IMG/VR virus record: IMGVR_UViG_3300021962_000028 | Span: 64,001 to 128,000 of that record | DNA length: 64,000 nt | DNA from: a virus | Direction: 5' to 3' (one strand) | In this document: piece after piece, positions 36,525 through 46,998 of the stretch | Numbering within the stretch: position 1 is the stretch's first letter | Layout: every line of letters begins with the position of its first letter | Program-made: the position numbers and the translations under genes | The notes under the pieces: generated by a model | Database searches by the model: none | Seen by the model: the letters and a program-made list of their open reading frames with translations, nothing else | Told to the model about the DNA's origin: nothing

Positions 36525-38373
36525 AAGTCCCATCAGATTGTTTTTTAAATTTAAGTTCAATTTCAACTCCTTGACTATTTTTACCTTTAGCGATAATTAA
36601 AGTCTTATCTGACCCGTCAATTTCATATGATGTCATAACATTTTTATACGTTGGGTACTGTTGGTCAAACCACGTTTTAAATTCTTGTTTGTTTGCATCA
36701 CCCGTTTGATTTTGGTTTTTATTTTGGTTTGGGTCAGGAGGTGTGCTAGATACCGTAGACATTTTATGAGGTGTTAGACTCTCACTTCCAGCACCAATCG
36801 CGGCGTCACTAGGTTCAAATTTAAAAGTTGTATAAAGTTTACCATCAACCGAAATCCCTGGGTCTAACTGTATAGTACCTTCTTTAGCGGATAATACAGT
36901 AACCTTAGGTGTTTCGGTTCTTAAACCAGCGTTTGCCGATGCGTCTTTAGCACCGAAAATTGATGTTCCGTTAATTTTTGGGTCATCATATTTTAAAAAT
37001 TCACCAACTTTTTCAGTTATTTGTTCGTTTGAAAGTGGGGTTAAATCATCAATATACCCTGTAAATTTTTCTACAGTTTGTCCACTCTTCTTCCACATCC
37101 ATCCGATAGCTCCCGTAAATAAAACCGCACTATGTAGACAAACTACACCAAACGCTTTCCACCATTCCTTAGTTCCCATTTCACCAAGTTGAATCACTTT
37201 TACGTAATTTTTACTTAGACCCTCAAAGAAATTTCTTGTTTGACCACCTAATTTAGTAAGTGTTGTAGGAGCTTTAAATCCTTTACTTTCCAAATACTTT
37301 TCAAATGTGGGGAATTTTTGTTTTTCTCTAAAATTTGTATATTTTTTATCGTATTCAGCCCATTGAGTTAGTAAATTCGCGGTATCTTTAATACTTGGAG
37401 AATCTAAGGTAATTAATCTAATTTGTTCTTGAGTGAAAGCCCCTTTTTCACTTAACTGTATAAACCAAGCTGCTTCCTCTTCACTAAGTTTTGTAAAATC
37501 TTTACCTTTTAATTTGTTAAACCATTCATTCGCACTAACCTTTAACTCAGAAGCGTTCATATTTGATATTTTCTCAGCGATTAATTCACTTGTACTTAAT
37601 TCTTCAACAGTCTCTTCAGCCTCTTTTTCTCCGTTTTCAATAACATCGTTAATAATTTCGTCATTAATTTCACCTTCAATTTCACCTTCAATTTCACCTT
37701 CAATACCTTGTTCTACCGATTTACCAAAAGGAGTTCCTCCCGCTTCCTCAACATTTTTACTAATTTTTGCAATTGCATTATCTAAATCATCGGTTAATTC
37801 TTTCTTAACAACGTCTGATAAATCTACTTGAGATTCTACAGATTTTCTTAATTTAGTTAAATCTTCTAAAGTTTCGTTGGCAAAACCAATATATTCCGAA
37901 TCAACTTTAGTTCCGAAAGATTCCATACTCGCAGCAACTTCACCTCTAACTTTTGTAAATGCGTTTGAGTTACGTACTCCAGTATTTAATATTTTTTCAA
38001 TGGCTCCTGAACCTCCTGATTGTTCCAATTCTTTAAGTGCTTGTTTAACAAACGCGTTTTTAATTGTCGCTACTTCAGCTCTTTCAATTCCTTTCTCACC
38101 AATTTTCGCCAAATCTTCTAAAGTTCTAATCCCTGCCGATTCAAGTTTTTTAGATATACCTGATTCAGTATCTTTACTTAACGCCTCAATCGCTCTTTCG
38201 CCTGCTTGGGTTAAGGAGGTTTTTTCGGCAGATTCAATACCTTTTTCAGTACCTAAAAATAGTTTTTCAAGGGCACTTTCTCCGTATTTCGATAATGGAG
38301 ATTCGGTTAATAATTTAATACCCATCATTTCTCTTATTCGGGATACTTCAGTAAGTAACATATTATTTTTCAT
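36508..38373 (-). CDS. Helical protein with one TM segment, possible ejection protein
   Basis: LLTEVSRIREMMGIKLLTES leader; hydrophobic AFGVVCLHSAVLFTGAIGWMW. Confidence 0.55.
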   Translation of the reverse strand: MKNNMLLTEVSRIREMMGIKLLTESPLSKYGESALEKLFLGTEKGIESAEKTSLTQAGERAIEALSKDTESGISKKLESAGIRTLEDLAKIGEKGIERAEVATIKNAFVKQALKELEQSGGSGAIEKILNTGVRNSNAFTKVRGEVAASMESFGTKVDSEYIGFANETLEDLTKLRKSVESQVDLSDVVKKELTDDLDNAIAKISKNVEEAGGTPFGKSVEQGIEGEIEGEIEGEINDEIINDVIENGEKEAEETVEELSTSELIAEKISNMNASELKVSANEWFNKLKGKDFTKLSEEEAAWFIQLSEKGAFTQEQIRLITLDSPSIKDTANLLTQWAEYDKKYTNFREKQKFPTFEKYLESKGFKAPTTLTKLGGQTRNFFEGLSKNYVKVIQLGEMGTKEWWKAFGVVCLHSAVLFTGAIGWMWKKSGQTVEKFTGYIDDLTPLSNEQITEKVGEFLKYDDPKINGTSIFGAKDASANAGLRTETPKVTVLSAKEGTIQLDPGISVDGKLYTTFKFEPSDAAIGAGSESLTPHKMSTVSSTPPDPNQNKNQNQTGDANKQEFKTWFDQQYPTYKNVMTSYEIDGSDKTLIIAKGKNSQGVEIELKFKKQSDGTYAIQK

Positions 38374-38444
38374 ATCAATATTTTTTATTTATAAATACCT
38401 TAATAGGTCTAAATGTTTATTCTAATAGTTTATAATCTTTATAT

Positions 38445-40121
38445 TTAGTCAAAAGGGTTCGTCTCTGAATTTTGAGTTACAGGTGGTATTACCTGACTTT
38501 TAGACTTAGCAATTGAATCCATAGCTTGTTGTCTCCTAATTCTATTTTTTTCAAATTCGTCAGCACTATTTTCAATATTTTGTAATTGTACTGAATAATA
38601 TTCTTCAGCCGCCAACTTACTCTGTTTTACATCGGTTGACGTTTCTTCCCCAATTTTCTGAGCCGCCTCATAATTTTGTTTAATATTATCTAAATAAGTA
38701 ATAGCCTCTTCTTGAGTAGGTTTACTTTCAGCCTCTTGTTTAATCTTAGTAAGTTCCTCTTGAGGCATTTCCTTACCGTAAAGTTTTTTGTAGGCAATTT
38801 TTACTCCTTCAGCACCTAATATAATAGGTGTATCTACAGTTACTACTGCTTTACCCATTTTAACACTACCTTCTTTAATCTTAATACCAAATTTAGAAGC
38901 CTTTTGTGCAAAAGTTTTACCGACAGTTGGATTTGTTGCGGCTTTAGCTGCATTAACCTTGTAAACTTCTTGAATAACCGTTTTAAATCCGTCGGGTTTT
39001 GTTTTTGCGGCTTTAGCAACAGTTTCATATAATTCTTGTGCGGGTTTTGACATACCTTCAAAAATCAATGGATTTGTACCATCAAACTTTCCTAAAGTTT
39101 CGACTATTTCTTTACATTCCGCTTCACCATATTTAACGGTGTTACCCAACCAACCTCTAATACCTGGTGCGTTATGTATAAGTGGTAACGCGGCAAATAC
39201 AAATGACACTGTTGGGTCTAAACCTCTGTCCATTTCATATAACCCGATACCTACGTTGAATGCTGCCTGAGTTAAGAAATCTAAACCTATCGTCACTAAC
39301 TTGGCATTATTCATCACACTTAAGGCGGATGTTATTTCGGCCGATGCCGCAGTTGCAACCGCAACTCCTTCAGCTACCGCAACTCCCTCCGCAACAAAAT
39401 AAGCCCCTACAATAATATCCGCAATACCTGCAGTTGCAATACCAATTAAAATTGCCCCACCAATCTGAACAATCCAACCGTATTCATCCCACCATTTATC
39501 ACCAGTACTTCTTAAGTCGTCAGATGTCGGGGGTGAATAAGATACTTCTTTACCTCCTTCGGTTTTATAGTACCAAGGTTGCATAATCCAACCTCTATCA
39601 TCCCTATCATTTTCGTTTTTATAATGAATAGTCGCCCAATCGTAATTTTCGTCTTTTAATTCGATTAAGAAATGATAATTTTCGCCATTTTCGTGAGTAA
39701 CTGTTGGTCCTGTTTTAAAGGATTTAGGCCAATTCATCGCTGCAATTTCTTGCCAATACTTATTCGTCGGGAAAAATACTTTAGTCCCGTCATTCATTAA
39801 TTTATACCAACCATATTTTGGGTCTTCTTTTAAACCTGGAAATAAAGTACCTGATGTGTCTGTATCTTTAAACATATCCCATTTAGTACCTTCAACTACG
39901 TCAATTTCTTGACCATTTAAATAAGGCATTTTAATAGTAGTTCTTCTAGTCAAATAAGAACCGTCAGTGGTACCTCCAGGATTTTCTATAACACCATAGT
40001 TAGGTGCTCCTAAAACTGATTCGAGTATATTGATTTTTTTAATATTCTCGGTTAAAGTATCACCTACAGAATATTTCATTAATAATTTAATCCTATCTAA
40101 AGATTGTTCTTTATCACTCAT
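38445..40121 (-). CDS. Protein with Ala/Gly-rich hydrophobic helices, possible ejection or pore protein
   Basis: LDRIKLLMKY...TLTEN leader; long hydrophobic Ala-rich segment. Confidence 0.55.
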   Translation of the reverse strand: MSDKEQSLDRIKLLMKYSVGDTLTENIKKINILESVLGAPNYGVIENPGGTTDGSYLTRRTTIKMPYLNGQEIDVVEGTKWDMFKDTDTSGTLFPGLKEDPKYGWYKLMNDGTKVFFPTNKYWQEIAAMNWPKSFKTGPTVTHENGENYHFLIELKDENYDWATIHYKNENDRDDRGWIMQPWYYKTEGGKEVSYSPPTSDDLRSTGDKWWDEYGWIVQIGGAILIGIATAGIADIIVGAYFVAEGVAVAEGVAVATAASAEITSALSVMNNAKLVTIGLDFLTQAAFNVGIGLYEMDRGLDPTVSFVFAALPLIHNAPGIRGWLGNTVKYGEAECKEIVETLGKFDGTNPLIFEGMSKPAQELYETVAKAAKTKPDGFKTVIQEVYKVNAAKAATNPTVGKTFAQKASKFGIKIKEGSVKMGKAVVTVDTPIILGAEGVKIAYKKLYGKEMPQEELTKIKQEAESKPTQEEAITYLDNIKQNYEAAQKIGEETSTDVKQSKLAAEEYYSVQLQNIENSADEFEKNRIRRQQAMDSIAKSKSQVIPPVTQNSETNPFD

Positions 40122-40132
40122 ACTTTTAAATA

Positions 40133-40372
40133 TTACGTTAATTGATTTGCAGGACCATCTCTTTTAACCCTATCAGGTCTTTTCTCATTTGAAATCGGGT
40201 TTGCAGGACCTCTTGTTAGTTTAGAACCAACAATTCCTGACCAAGTTGTAACGTTACTTCCACCACCAGTTGACCCTCCAGCAGGAGCGTCTTCCTCCTC
40301 AATTTCGGTCTTATCATTTGATGTGGTGTATTTTTCCATCAAACGTATTAAATAATCAACGTCTATCCTCAT
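40133..40372 (-). CDS. Small hypothetical protein
   Basis: RGPAN.I / RDGPANQL repeat; TATTTATA upstream. Confidence 0.55.
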   Translation of the reverse strand: MRIDVDYLIRLMEKYTTSNDKTEIEEEDAPAGGSTGGGSNVTTWSGIVGSKLTRGPANPISNEKRPDRVKRDGPANQLT

Positions 40373-40424
40373 AATTATCTATAAATATTTTGTTTTTATG
40401 GAAAAAAATCAATACATTTGTCAT

Positions 40425-40931
40425 ATGAAAAATTTATTATTATTATTCGGGATTTTTGGTTTACTAATTTCTTGTGAGAAATACGAACAACCAACACTAT
40501 TAAGTTTAAGTGGTGAGTATGTGATTGATAAAATTACATTTGAAAAAATAGATAACGCGGTAACTCCTGACGATACCATTTATCAACCTGGTACAATGTA
40601 TATAAATCCTTTGGAAAGATTTCCTATGGATAGTATTAGTGTTGGGTTTACCAAATGGCATTTGGATTATTCAGTGATATCTATGAAACCAATACCGACA
40701 AATACGGGTCAATATATTTGGACCAAACAATATTTCTATTCTGTAATTAACCATTATTCAAATTATGATTTAGGTTATTTAGATTTTAATTGTGAAGGTA
40801 GTAGACGAGTATTTAAAATTATTGATGACCAAGCTGAGAGTATAACCTTAAGGTCCACAGGTCAGTGGGGTTATGCGGAAATAGGTCCTGATATTTCGGT
40901 TACATTACATTTAACCAGAATTGGTCCATAA
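40425..40931 (+). CDS. Lipoprotein
   Basis: MKNLLLLFGIFGLLISC lipobox after a TAnnTTTG promoter. Confidence 0.7.
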   Translation: MKNLLLLFGIFGLLISCEKYEQPTLLSLSGEYVIDKITFEKIDNAVTPDDTIYQPGTMYINPLERFPMDSISVGFTKWHLDYSVISMKPIPTNTGQYIWTKQYFYSVINHYSNYDLGYLDFNCEGSRRVFKIIDDQAESITLRSTGQWGYAEIGPDISVTLHLTRIGP

Positions 40932-40961
40932 AAAAACCCTCAGAAATGAGGGTTTTTTATT

Positions 40962-41258
40962 TTAGTATAAGTCTTTAGTTGGTAGTCTTTCAGGGTATAT
41001 CATATAGTATTCATTTAAGAATGCCAATAATTCATCTTCATCAACACCATCGTCTAAGTTCTCAACATCATCTTCGTCATCTTCATCATAGAAGTCTAAA
41101 TCTTCCATTATTAGATTATAACCAAAATCATCAGATTCACTTAATTCTATTTCATCGACACGAATCTCGTCGTTATTGTCTTCATTAAGTCTAAACTTTA
41201 CTTCAATAGTATCTATTGAATGATTAACGTAGTATGATATAATTTCTACTATTTCCAT
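40962..41258 (-). CDS. Acidic hypothetical protein
   Basis: 98 aa, very Asp/Glu-rich. Confidence 0.55.
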   Translation of the reverse strand: MEIVEIISYYVNHSIDTIEVKFRLNEDNNDEIRVDEIELSESDDFGYNLIMEDLDFYDEDDEDDVENLDDGVDEDELLAFLNEYYMIYPERLPTKDLY

Positions 41259-41309
41259 AAAATATTATTTATAACAATAAAATATCTCAAAAAAATTAAA
41301 AATCCACTT

Positions 41310-41765
41310 TTAATTATATTTTTTAAATCTTTTGAACATATCTAAAGATTCCTGTAATTTCTCTTTGAAGTTGTCTTCTACTGAATCGTCCTCTAAGTAT
41401 TCCGAGTTCATTTCTTCTTCCATTCCACCACATTCAGTACATTCTTCTTCCTCAACGTAGTCAAACTCATCAGAACCTCCAATACCTTTAACTTGACCGT
41501 GTCCACATTCACAAACCTCTTCGTATAATCCACACTCATCACAAACGTTCTTAGATTCTTTCATATACATTTTATTGTTGTATTTTGACACATTACCTAA
41601 ATGGTCTATCTGTAACCCATCTTTGTCATTTGCAAAATCTTGGGTATATAATGGAGTCATATTAGATTGTTGGTTATTTGTTGCATAACCGTCATACACT
41701 GTTTTGTGTTTATCTAATATGTTCTCTTTTTCTTCTTTTGTTATTGCTAAAAATAATCCGCTCAT
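41310..41765 (-). CDS. Hypothetical protein with CxxCG motifs
   Basis: CDECG, CECG, CTECGG; ITKEEK.NIL..H leader. Confidence 0.55.
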   Translation of the reverse strand: MSGLFLAITKEEKENILDKHKTVYDGYATNNQQSNMTPLYTQDFANDKDGLQIDHLGNVSKYNNKMYMKESKNVCDECGLYEEVCECGHGQVKGIGGSDEFDYVEEEECTECGGMEEEMNSEYLEDDSVEDNFKEKLQESLDMFKRFKKYN

Positions 41766-41829
41766 AATTTTTGTTTTTTTATATAAATATATTGACCTCT
41801 TGATTAATGTTTGTTATGTTTGATATATA

Positions 41830-41904
41830 AGAATTGGGGAAGGGTTTTTGGTTTAATATCTTGGTAACTTATTTCTCTTTAATACTCTTCCCATTCTTTC
41901 TTTT
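41830..41904 (+). ncRNA. Candidate trans-antisense sRNA
   Basis: TATGTTTG promoter (41815-41822). Stem AGAAT-tg-GGGAAG/CTTCCC-ATTCT plus U-tract encloses 25 nt matching 56923-56947 at 24/25. Confidence 0.6.
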
Positions 41905-42484
41905 AGTGGATTTTAATCCAATAATTGAGCATTAGGGATGCGTACCTTTGAATATATCGATTAATTACGTTAATATCCATCTCTTTACCCTCTTTCTCAA
42001 GAACTTTCATAACACCTTTAACCATTTCGTGTTGAGCTTTGTCTGCTAAGTCCAAAACTTCTTCAAATGATTCTTCATCACCAATATTCTTGTATTTAAA
42101 TTCGTGTTCAATTCTTTCTTTACCAAGATAAAGATACGGGGAAGCCCCGAACATATTAGTTATTCCTGACTCTCTTACCTTTTCCAAATATTGACCCAAA
42201 AATCTTGTATTAAAATTTTCAACAATAGTTTTATTGTCAATAAACCATTTTGCTTTATCAAATGAATTTTCTTGAATAGGCTCTAATTTTCTCCAAGCGT
42301 CTGTTACAGATAATAAAGATAATTGACTACCGTCCTCCCATCTAACACTATAAATCACTCCGTCCTTCTCAAAAGGGTCTCTACTTACTTTAATGACAGT
42401 ACCTTTACTACCTGGCGACATCATTTCACCTTCCATATGTAGTAACATTACTTTATCATCAACTTGTAACTCGGGATTTATCAT
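41903..42484 (-). CDS. Hypothetical protein
   Basis: SH3-like N-terminus (G.V..V...V.W.DGS.L.L) and ESG.TNMFGA.PYL motif. Confidence 0.55.
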   Translation of the reverse strand: MINPELQVDDKVMLLHMEGEMMSPGSKGTVIKVSRDPFEKDGVIYSVRWEDGSQLSLLSVTDAWRKLEPIQENSFDKAKWFIDNKTIVENFNTRFLGQYLEKVRESGITNMFGASPYLYLGKERIEHEFKYKNIGDEESFEEVLDLADKAQHEMVKGVMKVLEKEGKEMDINVINRYIQRYASLMLNYWIKIH

Positions 42485-42527
42485 ATCTTTTTTTAATAAT
42501 AAATATATTCATTATATTTATTGTTGT

Positions 42528-43148
42528 ATGAAAGTATTAATAACAGAGAATCAATATCGAACAATTCTATTAGAATCGTCTAAAAACTCATTAAATAATG
42601 TTTTAGAGGATTTAAAAGAGTTTGCAACAATGGTTATTGAAAAAACTCAACAGGATGTTGGAGTTAACTTAAAGATGTTATTAATATGGGGTGCTGGTGT
42701 AGGTGGAGTAATGGCTCCGTTAAATGAATTCATTCAGAATGGTGACTTCAATTTAAATGATTTTCAAATCGCATCTATATTATGTGCAACTACGGCAATT
42801 CTTTATGGTGAAAGTAAAAGTGTTATAAACGAATTACTTAAAGTTATAAAAGACGAGGGGATTGTAGATGAATTCAACAGAGTTTTATCGAAAGGTACTA
42901 AATTAAAGAAAGTATTTCTTAATTTCATTCAAAGTCTTAATATGACTTTATCAAGTGTAACTAACATTATGAGTTACGCATTTATTATCCCTATTTTACC
43001 TATATTATGGGATATGTCTCAAACAGGTGTTACTAAACCAGAGGTTAAAGAAATTGTGATTAGATTAATGTCATTTGGGTTAACCGCAATTTCAGGGAAC
43101 ACATTAAGAGAACTAGTGACAAAATTAGTCAACCGATTTAGGGACTAA
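42528..43148 (+). CDS. Membrane-associated hypothetical protein with MKVLITENQ leader
   Basis: Start reassigned; hydrophobic segments. Confidence 0.55.
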   Translation: MKVLITENQYRTILLESSKNSLNNVLEDLKEFATMVIEKTQQDVGVNLKMLLIWGAGVGGVMAPLNEFIQNGDFNLNDFQIASILCATTAILYGESKSVINELLKVIKDEGIVDEFNRVLSKGTKLKKVFLNFIQSLNMTLSSVTNIMSYAFIIPILPILWDMSQTGVTKPEVKEIVIRLMSFGLTAISGNTLRELVTKLVNRFRD

Positions 43149-43925
43149 TTTTCTAAAGTACTCTTCAATTTCATTCTCATCCATATCACCACCAGAATAT
43201 AAATGAACTTTTTTACCACATATTCTTTCAGGTATCAAATATAATGACAGATAATTTTCTTCGGTTTCACCCATACTAAACGCATCTGAAAATACCTGAC
43301 GATAGGCCTCACCTTCCATAAAATATCTAAGTTCTTCTAACTCGGTGTCGGTACTTTCCATCAATAATGTATATAACGACTCAACTAAATCTTGACTTAC
43401 TGAAGTAATAACAACTTTTTTATCTGAGTCATATCGTTTTAGTATTATTTTATCAATATTAAAACCACAATTAACAGTCACCTGATAGGAATGATTTTCA
43501 ATATCATATAACCCGTCATACTTAACAATGAACATAACACCAAAGTCCTGATATGAAATACCAAAATCAGGTATTTTCTTAAACATACTTTCTAACTTAT
43601 TCTCAAGTTTTAAAGGTAGATAATAGTCACTTCCTTTAATTGGGGTCCCATTAACATAAATCCTATCTAAATTTACTGTCATATTACCTGACGAATCAAT
43701 AAATTTAATTTTTTCATTAATTATGTTATAAGCAAAAAATTCTAACATATAATGATTCCATCCTCTACCTTCAGGTACGGTACAATTAACATCTATTGAT
43801 AATGTATCTTTTTTATGACCAGTATTATGAAACTTAAAGATAATTCCATTATCTTCATAATCTTTATGTGTCAATAACCTCTCAAGTAACTTGTACTCAT
43901 TATCAGGAATATAATTATTTTCCAT
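43125..43925 (-). CDS. Hypothetical protein
   Basis: 266-aa ORF. Confidence 0.5.
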   Translation of the reverse strand: MENNYIPDNEYKLLERLLTHKDYEDNGIIFKFHNTGHKKDTLSIDVNCTVPEGRGWNHYMLEFFAYNIINEKIKFIDSSGNMTVNLDRIYVNGTPIKGSDYYLPLKLENKLESMFKKIPDFGISYQDFGVMFIVKYDGLYDIENHSYQVTVNCGFNIDKIILKRYDSDKKVVITSVSQDLVESLYTLLMESTDTELEELRYFMEGEAYRQVFSDAFSMGETEENYLSLYLIPERICGKKVHLYSGGDMDENEIEEYFRKLVPKSVD

Positions 43926-44904
43926 CTCGATAGTACTGTAATATTCTTTGGATTACCTTTTCTTGATGTTTATCATCTAAGGTATGTTTAGACTTGTTAT
44001 TATTAAACCATTCCCGAGCACTTTGCTCAAACGGTTGTTTTCTTAACTTAGATATCCTTTTAAGACCCGCAACCTGAGCGTCTAACTCGTGTGGTTGTAC
44101 GTAGTATTTTTTAGGGTTATTTGTAGTTTTTTTAGGTTTTTCATCACCTCTCTCCGCCTGTATTAAATGTTGTAGTTCGTGTCTAACTGTCTCATTTAAA
44201 CTACCAACCAAGTCGTACATTTTTTGGGGGAAGTCGTTTTCATTATAAACTATTTCAATTTCCATAGTATCCTCATCATCATAATACCCCCCATCAAGTT
44301 CATAACCATCTACATCATCCGACTTAACAATAGTTAGCTCAAGATTAAAATTAGTTTTTAAATTTGGGAAAGAATATGTGATGTCTTCACTAATATCTTC
44401 AGGTAATACATAATCACCTTCGCCCTGGCTTTTAAACACCCTAACGATGTCCTCAACAACTTTTCTAACTACGTTTCTTTTTTCTGATTTAGTTTCTTTA
44501 ATCATTTCAGGATTTGATTCAAATGGGTTATATTGTTTACCAACATATTCAATAGATTCTACACTAGGGTCGTCTTTAATACTAAAATGTTGTAAAACTC
44601 TCCAAATATATTGTGTTAACTCTCTAGTAAAATGATAGGACCTGTCCCAACATTTATTTCTTGTATCACAGTTGTCAAGTAAATCTGATAATTGGTGTGG
44701 AGTAAATTCTGTAACATAAACTTTTACCCCTACGTGATTTCTTGGTTCTCCCATATGTAATAATTCCACATCATTAACCAATTCTATCTTAAATGAACAT
44801 TTAATAATGAAGTCAGGGGCTCCACTAACAAATGGACCCTCATATTGAAAGACTTTGTCTTTTATTACTCTATTAACTATTTTATATAAATCTTCATTAT
44901 TCAT
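43915..44904 (-). CDS. Protein with C-terminal HExxH zincin-like domain
   Basis: VRHELQHLIQ...YY..P.ELDA. Confidence 0.6.
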   Translation of the reverse strand: MNNEDLYKIVNRVIKDKVFQYEGPFVSGAPDFIIKCSFKIELVNDVELLHMGEPRNHVGVKVYVTEFTPHQLSDLLDNCDTRNKCWDRSYHFTRELTQYIWRVLQHFSIKDDPSVESIEYVGKQYNPFESNPEMIKETKSEKRNVVRKVVEDIVRVFKSQGEGDYVLPEDISEDITYSFPNLKTNFNLELTIVKSDDVDGYELDGGYYDDEDTMEIEIVYNENDFPQKMYDLVGSLNETVRHELQHLIQAERGDEKPKKTTNNPKKYYVQPHELDAQVAGLKRISKLRKQPFEQSAREWFNNNKSKHTLDDKHQEKVIQRILQYYRDGK

Positions 44905-44915
44905 ACTAATAAATA

Positions 44916-45374
44916 CTATCGATAGTAGGTTCCGTACCTATAAGGAATAGAAATTCCAAAACCAATATACGGTATGTCACTAACACCAACAGTAACAGAT
45001 ACATCCCATATGTCCTTATTACGGGTTAAAAGTTTTATTGGTTGTAGTTTAACCATAACATCAGGGTAAAAAACAGGGTCTGGACCAATAGTTAAATCTG
45101 TTTTAACTCCTGCACCTAAAACCACTCCACACTTTAAAAGTCCATAGGTTATACCTATTCTGTTAAAATAAGCATAAGGTGTGCGATAGATATAAGGATT
45201 TGAAGTCGCACCTATCTTATAGTAAGCGCCAATATAAAACCCAAAGTTATCATCGTTGATATTTTCAAACGAACAGATTACACTTCTATCTTCAGGAATA
45301 ACGGTTAAACCTGAATATTGTCCGTACGACGGAACACTAATTAAAATCAAAAGGAATAATATTATTTTTTTCAT
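44916..45374 (-). CDS. Secreted or outer-membrane beta-rich protein
   Basis: Signal peptide and alternating hydrophobic strands. Confidence 0.55.
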   Translation of the reverse strand: MKKIILFLLILISVPSYGQYSGLTVIPEDRSVICSFENINDDNFGFYIGAYYKIGATSNPYIYRTPYAYFNRIGITYGLLKCGVVLGAGVKTDLTIGPDPVFYPDVMVKLQPIKLLTRNKDIWDVSVTVGVSDIPYIGFGISIPYRYGTYYR

Positions 45375-45430
45375 ACTACAAAAATACGATTTTATTTCTT
45401 ATTTTACAAAAATATTTATAACTTTGTACT

Positions 45431-45661
45431 ATGAATAAACAAAATAACATTAAACCAGAGAAACCTACTAAATTCGAGAGAGTTTATGAGGATGAAGATA
45501 CGATTAGTATTTGGAAATATGATTTGAAAAAAACAACAACAGGTCCTGTTGAGGTTGAGATTAAATATAAGAAGGGGTATGTTCATCCTAAACCTGAGAA
45601 GAAAAAAACTTTAAAGGATTTGGTTGATGAGGAGAAAAAGTCTAAGAAGAAAGGGTCTTAA
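45431..45661 (+). CDS. Small basic hypothetical protein
   Basis: TATTTATA motif directly upstream. Confidence 0.55.
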   Translation: MNKQNNIKPEKPTKFERVYEDEDTISIWKYDLKKTTTGPVEVEIKYKKGYVHPKPEKKKTLKDLVDEEKKSKKKGS

Positions 45662-46229
45662 TTCTTTGTTCTATGGATTTTTTCATTATTAACAAATCCT
45701 GTAACTCTCTATTTTGAGATTCTGTTAAAACTTTTTTAGGCTTTCTTGACTCAACTAATGATGGTTTTCCAATATCATAAATTTCCCAATCACCTGATTC
45801 TGAGTCATATGTATCTTCATCTCTAAATTCACCATCATAGTAATCAAATCCGTGTGGGTCGTTATAAATGAACCCACTAACATAATCTTTAGAATAAGTA
45901 TTAATACGATGTAAATATTTTTCTGTCGAAGATTTTCTAACGTCAACAGTTATGATAACAGGAAACACCATCATTTTAGGGATAGTAATGTCACCCTCAC
46001 CATTAAAGTTATGGTTGTCCTGATATAATTTCCAAAAAAACCCGTAGTCCTCCCAATTAATATCCATAATACCAAATTTCTTAAGCGAGGTATCAATTAA
46101 CCCTAAAATAGTGTCATCATAAACCTCATCATCAGTCCAACTAATATTTTCTTCAGTTGCTTGTTTATCGATTTCTTTGATAATCATTTTCAATATTGAT
46201 ACGGGTAATTCGTTTTCAAATCGTCTCAT
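45642..46229 (-). CDS. Hypothetical protein
   Basis: 195-aa ORF. Confidence 0.5.
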   Translation of the reverse strand: MRRFENELPVSILKMIIKEIDKQATEENISWTDDEVYDDTILGLIDTSLKKFGIMDINWEDYGFFWKLYQDNHNFNGEGDITIPKMMVFPVIITVDVRKSSTEKYLHRINTYSKDYVSGFIYNDPHGFDYYDGEFRDEDTYDSESGDWEIYDIGKPSLVESRKPKKVLTESQNRELQDLLIMKKSIEQRIKTLSS

Positions 46230-46276
46230 ACAAATAAATACTTTGGAAATAAAAAAACCACCCGAAGGTGGTTCTT

Positions 46277-46975
46277 TTAATCATTACCCAAAAAAGTAAC
46301 TTTGTTTGTGATTGGGTCCCAATCAATATTCCAAGGAGTATGAGCGTAAAGATATCTTTCGTTCAATACTGATGCGTTGAAGTAATGAGTGTGTCCGTCA
46401 AAGTAGTGACCGTACCCAGTGTGGATATGACCACAAACGTGAATCTTTGGTTTGATAGTTTTAATTCTTTCAGCCAATAATTCACAACCTAAATGGTCTC
46501 CTCTGCGACCTTCAACATCATCCAAGAACCCCCAAGCTGGACCGTGAGTGATTAGGATGTCAGTATCCTCAGGAATCGCATTCCATTTTTCTAATAACTC
46601 AGAACCATTTTTAGGTAAATTGAACGCCCAATTATAAAATTCAGGTTGCCAAGGACTACCGTAAACTTTAACCATTTGTTTGTCATCACCAACTTTCAAC
46701 CAATCATCTTGTAAATAATCAACTGTTTTGTAAGAGTTTACAATTTGCATTGCTTTCTCAACGTTGTTTTGGAATCCCCAATCGTGATTACCCGCAATAA
46801 AGATTTTATGGTCGTAATTATCGATTTTATCAAACCATTTACAAAATTCGGTAATCTCGTGCTCATAACCCATAGAAGACATATCCCCTGCGTGGATTAA
46901 CAAATCACCACCAGGTAAATCCTGAGTTATGTGTTTGTGTTTTGTGTGCGTATCTGATATAAATGTTATTTTCAT
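46277..46975 (-). CDS. Metallophosphoesterase
   Basis: SDTH, HAGD, AGNHD, THGP, CGHIH. Confidence 0.9.
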   Translation of the reverse strand: MKITFISDTHTKHKHITQDLPGGDLLIHAGDMSSMGYEHEITEFCKWFDKIDNYDHKIFIAGNHDWGFQNNVEKAMQIVNSYKTVDYLQDDWLKVGDDKQMVKVYGSPWQPEFYNWAFNLPKNGSELLEKWNAIPEDTDILITHGPAWGFLDDVEGRRGDHLGCELLAERIKTIKPKIHVCGHIHTGYGHYFDGHTHYFNASVLNERYLYAHTPWNIDWDPITNKVTFLGND

Positions 46976-46998
46976 AGTACAAATATAATAAAATTATT

